Positions 25,406 to 30,528 of a stretch of 30,528 bases of DNA are shown here, in pieces; within the stretch, counting starts at the first letter, position 1, and each line of letters begins with the position of its first letter. Source of the stretch: a virus (taxonomy: Duplodnaviria > Caudoviricetes). Made by a program: the position numbers and the translations under genes. The notes under the pieces were generated by a model. The model was not told where the DNA came from. It searched no databases and saw only the letters and a program-made list of their open reading frames with translations. The stretch is taken from positions 1-30,528 of IMG/VR virus record IMGVR_UViG_3300030372_004806. The stretch is one strand, 5' to 3'.

Positions 25406-26107
25406 ATGCAACTGTACGGAGTCACCGAGACCTGCACCGACCTGTTCACCGCCCTCATCAAGGCGCAATCCGAGATGGGCAGCGCCGTCAAGGACGCCAA
25501 GAACCCCCATTTCAGGCATGGGTACGCGAGCCTGTCTTCTGTCATTGACGCAATCATCCCCGTGCTCAACGCCAACGGTGTGGGAGTGCTGCAGCTGCCC
25601 AGCATCGAGGGCAGCGAGGTTCGGCTCACCACCATCCTGATGCACTCCAGCGGGCAGCGCCTGTCCTCCACTGTCGGCGCCCCCCTGGGAAAGAAGCAGG
25701 ATGCGCAGGCCGTCGGCTCGGCCATCACCTACCTTCGCCGCTACTCCCTGCAATCCATCATGGGCCTGCCTGTCGAAGATGATGACGGCAACGCAGCGAG
25801 CCGGCGACAGCCGCAACGACGGCAGGTGCCCGAGACTGCTGCCCCGACCCAGAGCCATCCGCATGGTTTCAGGCAGGGCGACAAGGTGACGCCGACCACA
25901 AGCCGGCCAAGGGACTGGGCTGCCCTCATCGCTGCCGAGCTCGAAGGCGCAGGCCTGACAGTGCAGCAGTTCAACGTATGGGCCATGAAGTCGAACCGGC
26001 AGCCCCTGGGAGGCATGACGCCCCCCAACCTCAAGAACGCCTATTCATGGCTCGCGCATGGCAACGGCCTGGCTGTCATCAAGGCCACCATCAGCGAGCG
26101 TGTCTGA
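25406..26107 (+). CDS. erf: ERF-family single-strand annealing protein (233 aa)
   Basis: KDAKNPHF..GYASLSSV, TILMHSSGQ and QAVGSAITYLRRYSL..IMGL..EDDDG signature. Confidence 0.9.
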   Translation: MQLYGVTETCTDLFTALIKAQSEMGSAVKDAKNPHFRHGYASLSSVIDAIIPVLNANGVGVLQLPSIEGSEVRLTTILMHSSGQRLSSTVGAPLGKKQDAQAVGSAITYLRRYSLQSIMGLPVEDDDGNAASRRQPQRRQVPETAAPTQSHPHGFRQGDKVTPTTSRPRDWAALIAAELEGAGLTVQQFNVWAMKSNRQPLGGMTPPNLKNAYSWLAHGNGLAVIKATISERV

Positions 26108-26574
26108 TGCTGTACATCGGCATCGACCCTGGCCCGGAGTTCTGCGGCCTGGTGGTGTACTATCTTCAAGAAGAATGCTCGGGTGTCGTGATTGCTGCCC
26201 GAAGCAACGCGACGGTTCAGGAGGTGCGCGCCGTCATCGACGAGCTTGCAGCAGACGGCCCGACGGTTGCCATCGAGCACACTCACCCCGGCCCGCCGTC
26301 CTGGTCGGTCATCAGGACAACGGTCGTCGTCGGCCGACTGCTTGAGTACTCCGAGCTTCGGGGACTGCAGACGGTCGCCGTACACCGCAAGGACGTCAAG
26401 GCCTACCTCGGCAAGGCAGACAGCCACATACGGCGCAGCCTCATCGAGCAGCATGGCCTTGACCCTGACACCTTCCACTACACCAAAGAGACGGCGCTCA
26501 AGGGCGTCACCGGACACGCATGGCAGGCCCTGGCGGCTGTCATCACACTGCACGACGAGAGGACAACACAATGA
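26107..26574 (+). CDS. RuvC-like Holliday junction resolvase (155 aa; ATG 26107)
   Basis: MLYIGIDPG, VAIE, RKDVKAYLG and C-terminal HAWQALAAV. TGATG overlap with erf. Confidence 0.75.
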   Translation: MLYIGIDPGPEFCGLVVYYLQEECSGVVIAARSNATVQEVRAVIDELAADGPTVAIEHTHPGPPSWSVIRTTVVVGRLLEYSELRGLQTVAVHRKDVKAYLGKADSHIRRSLIEQHGLDPDTFHYTKETALKGVTGHAWQALAAVITLHDERTTQ

Positions 26575-27407
26575 ACATGCCCACCCCCGAGGATACGCTC
26601 ACCTGGTCGGACGCGGAGTACTTCGCCTTCGAGGCGATGAACGCCACCAGCTTGAAGCAGCTTCTGAAGAGCCCGCGGCAGTATCAGCACCACCTGCGCA
26701 ACCCCAAGCCGAAGACCATCAACATGGTGCTCGGCAGTGCAATCCACTGCATGACCTTCGAGCCCATGCACTTCGATGCTCGCTATGCGGTGTGGGATGG
26801 CGAGAGCCGGCGCACGAAGGCCTACCGAGAGTGGAAGGAGCGCCAGGAGATGGCAGGCCGCACCTGCATCACTGTTAGCGAGCACGAGACGGCCCGACGG
26901 GTTGCCGAGGCCGCAAGCCGTCACCCCTTGATGCTCGACCTGCTTGGGCACCCTGGCACCCAGCTCGAGCGGGTTGTTGTGTGGCAAGGCCTGTTCGGGC
27001 TGTGCAAGGCAAAGATTGACCTGTTGCACTGCTCCGAAGAGCACGGCCTCATTGTCTGCGACCTGAAGACGACCGGCACCGAGCTCGACGAGCACACCCT
27101 GCAACAGACCATGGGGCGGTATGCCGTCCACCTGCAGCTATGGCACTACTTCGAAGCCGCCTGCGCCTACTACGGGCGGACCTCCGAGGTGACCTTTGAC
27201 TCTCGGCTGATGGCCCTGTACGCGCAGACCTCAGCACCCTACGATACGACTGCCTGCGAGCTCGGCCCTGAGACCGTGGCACAAGTCCGCGAGCTCTATG
27301 CCGACCTTGCCCAGGTGTACAGCAACTGTACCGAGCTGGGCCGATGGCCCGGTCAACCTGCAGAGCGCCTCATTGAGGTGCCTGCGTACTACACTCAACT
27401 GAAGTGA
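26571..27407 (+). CDS. PD-(D/E)XK exonuclease, RecE/exonuclease VIII-like (278 aa; ATG 26571)
   Basis: NATSLKQLLKSP, LGSAIHC..FEP, KAKIDLL, VCDLKTT and HLQLWHY motifs. Confidence 0.88.
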   Translation: MNMPTPEDTLTWSDAEYFAFEAMNATSLKQLLKSPRQYQHHLRNPKPKTINMVLGSAIHCMTFEPMHFDARYAVWDGESRRTKAYREWKERQEMAGRTCITVSEHETARRVAEAASRHPLMLDLLGHPGTQLERVVVWQGLFGLCKAKIDLLHCSEEHGLIVCDLKTTGTELDEHTLQQTMGRYAVHLQLWHYFEAACAYYGRTSEVTFDSRLMALYAQTSAPYDTTACELGPETVAQVRELYADLAQVYSNCTELGRWPGQPAERLIEVPAYYTQLK

Positions 27408-27416
27408 GGACACACG

Positions 27417-27803
27417 ATGCCTGCATACATCACCATCACCGCCCGACTGGCCCGAGACCCTGAGCTGCGCGAGACTCCGCACGGCAAGAGCTTGTGCAAG
27501 CTCTCCCTGCCCAATGACTCAGGCTGGGGCGAGAACAAGCTCACCACCTGGTGGGGCTGTACCATTTGGGGCAAGCGAGGCGAGACCGCTGCCAAGTACT
27601 TGAAGAAGGGCGACTGGGTGACCGTCACCGGTGTGCCCAGCCTGCGCAAGTATGAGAAGCGTGACGGGGGCGAGGGCAGCTCGCTCGAAGTCGAGGTCAA
27701 TGACTGGGGCTTCTGCGGCCCTAAGCCTCAGCAGACTCAGGGCGGCGGCTACAAGCGGAATGACTACAGCAAGGACGCACCGTCGCCCGACATCCCGTTC
27801 TGA
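27417..27803 (+). CDS. ssb: Single-stranded DNA-binding protein (128 aa)
   Basis: RLARDPELR, IWGKRGETAAKYLKKGDWVTVTG and C-terminal DIPF. Confidence 0.95.
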   Translation: MPAYITITARLARDPELRETPHGKSLCKLSLPNDSGWGENKLTTWWGCTIWGKRGETAAKYLKKGDWVTVTGVPSLRKYEKRDGGEGSSLEVEVNDWGFCGPKPQQTQGGGYKRNDYSKDAPSPDIPF

Positions 27804-27836
27804 GGGCCGGGCAGCTTTGCCCTGAGTGACAACACC

Positions 27837-27880
27837 AGAAGCAGGCAGTGCAGTGCGAGCAGCTGCGTTGCCTGCTTTCT
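27837..27880. terminator. Probable bidirectional terminator between the convergent arms
   Basis: AAGCAGGCA (27839-47) / TGCCTGCTT (27869-77) stem with inner pairing. A small GGGCA-GCTT-TGCCC hairpin lies just after the ssb stop. Confidence 0.55.
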
Positions 27881-28211
27881 ACGTCTTGCTGGCAAGGTCT
27901 CGGATGAGCTGCCCGAGCGTCTCGGTGAGCTGTCTGAGGTCTCGCTGAGTGTCACGTAGCGCCTCATGCTGCAGCTCGAGCCGTGTGACTCGGGTCTGCA
28001 TGTCGGTGATGAGGCCCGAGTCTGCCGCCGCAGCAGGCTCGCGCTGCTGAGAGAGTAGCTTGTCTTTCACCGTCAGGGCAAGCACGGCGCTCACAAGTCC
28101 AGCAAGGCCGCCCCCACCGACTCCCCACATGTCGTGGACAGTCTGCACCGGGGCAGCCTGCGGCAGCTCCTGGGCCCATGCTACGGCGAGCATGAGCAGC
28201 ATGGACATCAC
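27879..28211 (-). CDS. Membrane protein with coiled-coil tail, holin or lysis-accessory candidate (110 aa)
   Basis: Signal-like N-terminus, second hydrophobic segment GGLAGLVSAVLALTV, C-terminal coiled coil, near the endolysin. Confidence 0.55.
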   Translation of the reverse strand: MMSMLLMLAVAWAQELPQAAPVQTVHDMWGVGGGGLAGLVSAVLALTVKDKLLSQQREPAAAADSGLITDMQTRVTRLELQHEALRDTQRDLRQLTETLGQLIRDLASKT

Positions 28212-28423
28212 CCGTCTACCTGGTCGAGAGCTTCGCGGATGCCTGCGACGACATCAGCCCGGCCTTTGATGATGGGCTCGACGGTCCAAGCAATGACGAC
28301 ATCACTGACCCGTTCCCACATGAGCCCCTTCGGTTCAATGACGGCATCGAGCGCCTCGGTGAGCTGCTCCGCGTTGCCGATGACGAGCGCGCGCCCGAGC
28401 TCGCGCCAGAGTCTGGTCTTCAT
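28208..28423 (-). CDS. Hypothetical protein (71 aa)
   Basis: GGAGGT SD, 4-nt overlap with the next gene. Confidence 0.7.
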   Translation of the reverse strand: MKTRLWRELGRALVIGNAEQLTEALDAVIEPKGLMWERVSDVVIAWTVEPIIKGRADVVAGIREALDQVDG

Positions 28424-28426
28424 GGT

Positions 28427-28774
28427 CTACCTCCGAGGTGTTGGCTTGCTCTTTGCGCGCTTTCCGGCTCGCTTGCGAAAGAGGGCATCTTGCACCTCCT
28501 TCTTTGTAGCACGGGTCGAGGGGGTCTTCTTCTTCGAGACGACCTTGCTCGGTCGGCAGTACTGGCTCTTGCTGTCGCCCGAGTGTCCGCAAGGCTTGCC
28601 GGTCTTCTTGTCGACCCACTTTTCCTTGGCCCACCGTCGCAGGCTCGCGCCCTTCTTCGTCTTCCGTACCTGCCCCTTGCCTTTGCGGCACTTGGCGACG
28701 GCCTGAGAGGCTCGGGCAGACGGCCACACCTTGTACTGCCGCTTGACTTTCTTCGTGCATGCGTCATCTGCCAT
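28427..28774 (-). CDS. Highly basic Cys-containing viral protein, DUF5872-like (115 aa)
   Basis: WPSARAS..V.KCRK and LRRWAKEKWVD..TGKPCG...YCRPSK motifs. Family assignment is from memory and unverified. Confidence 0.65.
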   Translation of the reverse strand: MADDACTKKVKRQYKVWPSARASQAVAKCRKGKGQVRKTKKGASLRRWAKEKWVDKKTGKPCGHSGDSKSQYCRPSKVVSKKKTPSTRATKKEVQDALFRKRAGKRAKSKPTPRR

Positions 28775-28776
28775 GG

Positions 28777-29190
28777 CTACGCCCTCACAAGCTGCCAGTG
28801 TGGCCCGTCCTTGAAGCTCGACCAGTCACCGCCCCATTCAAGGCGCAGCTCTTTGCTGACTTGGCCGGCCTTCTGCAGTCGGTTCCACGTTGCCTTGATG
28901 TGGTCTGCCAGCGGATAGTAGTACTTCCAGTCCCATGAGATGCCGCCCACGTAGGGCGCTGCGTCCACTGCCATGCTGGGAATCTTGTTGTGGTAGCTCC
29001 GCGGGTACTTGAGCTGGCTCTTGCCTTCCTCGTAAAGCTGGTTCTGCCTTGCTTGGTTGCGGTAGCCTTCGAGGATGGTGATGTCCTCGGGGCAGTCAGG
29101 GGAGGCAAGCGCCTCGGTAAACAACAGCACCAGGTCAGGGTGGGCGGTGTTCAGCCGCTCAAGGCTGCGGGATGAGTAGCGGTAGCTCAT
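28777..29190 (-). CDS. Endolysin, peptidase M15 (L-Ala-D-Glu peptidase-like) (137 aa)
   Basis: S.RS.ERL...HPDL, EGYR...RQ..LY..GKS, SYH, AVD and WGGDW..FKDGPHWQL zinc-peptidase motifs. Confidence 0.93.
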   Translation of the reverse strand: MSYRYSSRSLERLNTAHPDLVLLFTEALASPDCPEDITILEGYRNQARQNQLYEEGKSQLKYPRSYHNKIPSMAVDAAPYVGGISWDWKYYYPLADHIKATWNRLQKAGQVSKELRLEWGGDWSSFKDGPHWQLVRA

Positions 29191-29193
29191 GGT

Positions 29194-29448
29194 TTACTTC
29201 GCAATCTTGCTGACGGCCTTCTTGCTCCACATCTTGCAGCTGTGAAAGCGGGCTTTGTTCGGTGGGCCTGGGTCGTCGCAGTTGTGGCGGTCGCGGAAGG
29301 CCTTGCGCTTCTTCGGGTTGTCGCGCTTGATTTCCATGTCAGGGTCACCGAAGCGCACGGTGTATTTCTTCCCTTCGTGGGTGCCCGTGGCAACGAACTT
29401 CTTGCGCCCGAAGCCCGGCTCGCCCTTCCTGATGCGCCGCACCGGCAT
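29194..29448 (-). CDS. Small basic conserved viral protein (84 aa)
   Basis: VRFGDPDMEIKRDNPKKRKAFRDRHNC..PG...ARFHSCKMW, a pattern I recognise from uncharacterised aquatic phage proteins. Confidence 0.75.
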   Translation of the reverse strand: MPVRRIRKGEPGFGRKKFVATGTHEGKKYTVRFGDPDMEIKRDNPKKRKAFRDRHNCDDPGPPNKARFHSCKMWSKKAVSKIAK

Positions 29449-29735
29449 CAGCCCGCCGCCCAGGCCTGCACCGCTGCCGTGATTCCGAGGTCATCGAGGT
29501 GCGACTTGAGCACCGGGCTTGAGCTGCCCGAGTCGATGCGCTCCTTGATGATGGCCTTGATGCTGTCCACCGTGTCCCAGCTGACGGCGCTTGTGATCAT
29601 ATAGGTGTCGAGGCCCTGGGCCGCAACGGTCTGCATGAGTGGCACCTGTAGAGGGCTCCAACCGTCGACATGGACGACAGGGTTGTCCTCGGGGTCATAC
29701 GCCACCTCGACGACGATGAGAGAAGTGTCGCTCAT
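29448..29735 (-). CDS. Hypothetical protein (95 aa)
   Basis: GAGGT SD, ATGA and TGATG overlaps with neighbours. Confidence 0.75.
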   Translation of the reverse strand: MSDTSLIVVEVAYDPEDNPVVHVDGWSPLQVPLMQTVAAQGLDTYMITSAVSWDTVDSIKAIIKERIDSGSSSPVLKSHLDDLGITAAVQAWAAG

Positions 29736-30528
29736 TGCAACCTCTGCACAAGGATTCGGGTGAGAGTGAAGTCGGACGCGTCGCCGGCGCTGACGAAGCA
29801 GCGCAGACCGTTGGCTTGATAGTCGGGGGCAGCCTGGGCCAGTCCAACACTGTCCGAACCAACCATAAAAGTCCCCGCAGCTGCCGGGGCAGGGGTGGGC
29901 GGTGTTGTGCCAGCTGTGTCCATCACCTCCACAATTTCTCCAGCAGTCAGAATGAGGGTGAACACCCGGCTCGTCTTTATTGCTGTGGTCGCCTGAATAC
30001 TAGACGCGCTTGTGTTGCGCCGGACGCGGGTACGTTCGTCTGCTGAGTTGTTCGCGTCCTCGACGTAGATCATCCGAGCGATGCCGCTGTTGTGCGTCGT
30101 CGTTGTGCCTCGGTTCAACCCTGCAAAAACTGAACTGTTGTTTGCGCTGGTGTACACGAGGTTTGTGATGACGATGTGTACCGCGTATTGGTACGTCCTC
30201 ACGTCTTCGACAGTGTACGAAGACAGAAGCGGGTCAAGGTCTACCGAGAGGGTGACGGTGCCCGATGTGTCGGTGCCCCCATCAAAGACTAAGCCGTTGC
30301 CGTTGCTCGGGGTGACTGTGCCGTTCGCCCCACTATAGGTCGACACATCAGCCTGCACGCTCTTGCTCGAGACCGTGATGGTGTTGCTGCCGTTGCTCAG
30401 GGCGCTGGCATCTGCCACGGTTGTCCAGTCGAGGTCAACCAGGTCAGTCCACTGGGCGCCACCACTGCCCGCAATGCGCTCAGTGAAGGCGACCGACGTT
30501 GACAGGCCGCCCTTCGTTGCCTTCACAA
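29732..30528 (-). CDS. 3' part of the 362-aa junction-spanning virion/receptor-binding-like protein
   Basis: Open frame continuous with 391->1. Beta-rich Thr/Ser/Asn composition. Confidence 0.85.
   Translation of the reverse strand, partial: VKATKGGLSTSVAFTERIAGSGGAQWTDLVDLDWTTVADASALSNGSNTITVSSKSVQADVSTYSGANGTVTPSNGNGLVFDGGTDTSGTVTLSVDLDPLLSSYTVEDVRTYQYAVHIVITNLVYTSANNSSVFAGLNRGTTTTHNSGIARMIYVEDANNSADERTRVRRNTSASSIQATTAIKTSRVFTLILTAGEIVEVMDTAGTTPPTPAPAAAGTFMVGSDSVGLAQAAPDYQANGLRCFVSAGDASDFTLTRILVQRLQ
30430..30528. repeat. Terminal direct repeat, copy 2
   Basis: Identical to 1-99. Confidence 0.97.

Noticed and set aside
23089-27131. Minus-strand ORFs opposite the replication genes (e.g. 23089..23850, 24796..25728, 26478..27131)
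   Set aside because: Antisense shadows with no independent support.
27764-27967. 67-aa ORF as an embedded o-spanin
   Set aside because: No N-terminal lipoprotein signal, and it runs through the terminator hairpin into the end of ssb.
30430-30528. 99-bp repeat as a biological direct terminal repeat or att site
   Set aside because: It falls mid-gene and 99 is a common assembler k-mer size, so a circularisation overlap is the simpler explanation.
1-30528. CRISPR array, tRNA, DGR/retron, integrase, alternative genetic code
   Set aside because: No repeat-spacer array, cloverleaf, reverse-transcriptase or recombinase motif was seen. Genes tile densely in the standard code using all three stop codons.

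Overview
This window is most likely a complete, circularly assembled ~30.4 kb genome of a GC-rich, podovirus-like tailed phage. Bases 1-99 are identical to 30430-30528, giving a unit length of 30,429 bp, and one gene runs across the junction. Two arms diverge from a control region at ~20720-21028. The minus arm encodes TerS, TerL, portal, an acidic protein, a stand-alone WYL-domain protein, scaffold, major capsid, decoration protein, adaptor, nozzle, three small tail proteins, three ejection-type proteins, further virion proteins and a lysis region with an M15 endolysin. The plus arm encodes small early proteins, an RHH regulator, HNH, an HTH protein, a primase/VirE-type helicase, ERF, a RuvC-like resolvase, a PD-(D/E)XK exonuclease and SSB. 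I see no integrase, CI-like repressor, replicative DNA polymerase, tRNA or CRISPR array. The most interesting signals are non-coding and suggest an RNA-level control layer. (i) A three-hairpin element after the capsid genes has C-rich loops, one of which contains GUGUCCUC, the exact complement of a GAGGACAC ribosome-binding motif shared by several phage genes. (ii) The capsid leader can fold two ways, hiding or freeing its Shine-Dalgarno. (iii) A WYL protein sits inside the head module. (iv) Three matching extended -10 motifs lie on the structural arm. (v) A dyad-symmetric four-box element surrounds an AT-rich core. All protein calls are motif and synteny recognition by eye, not database results.
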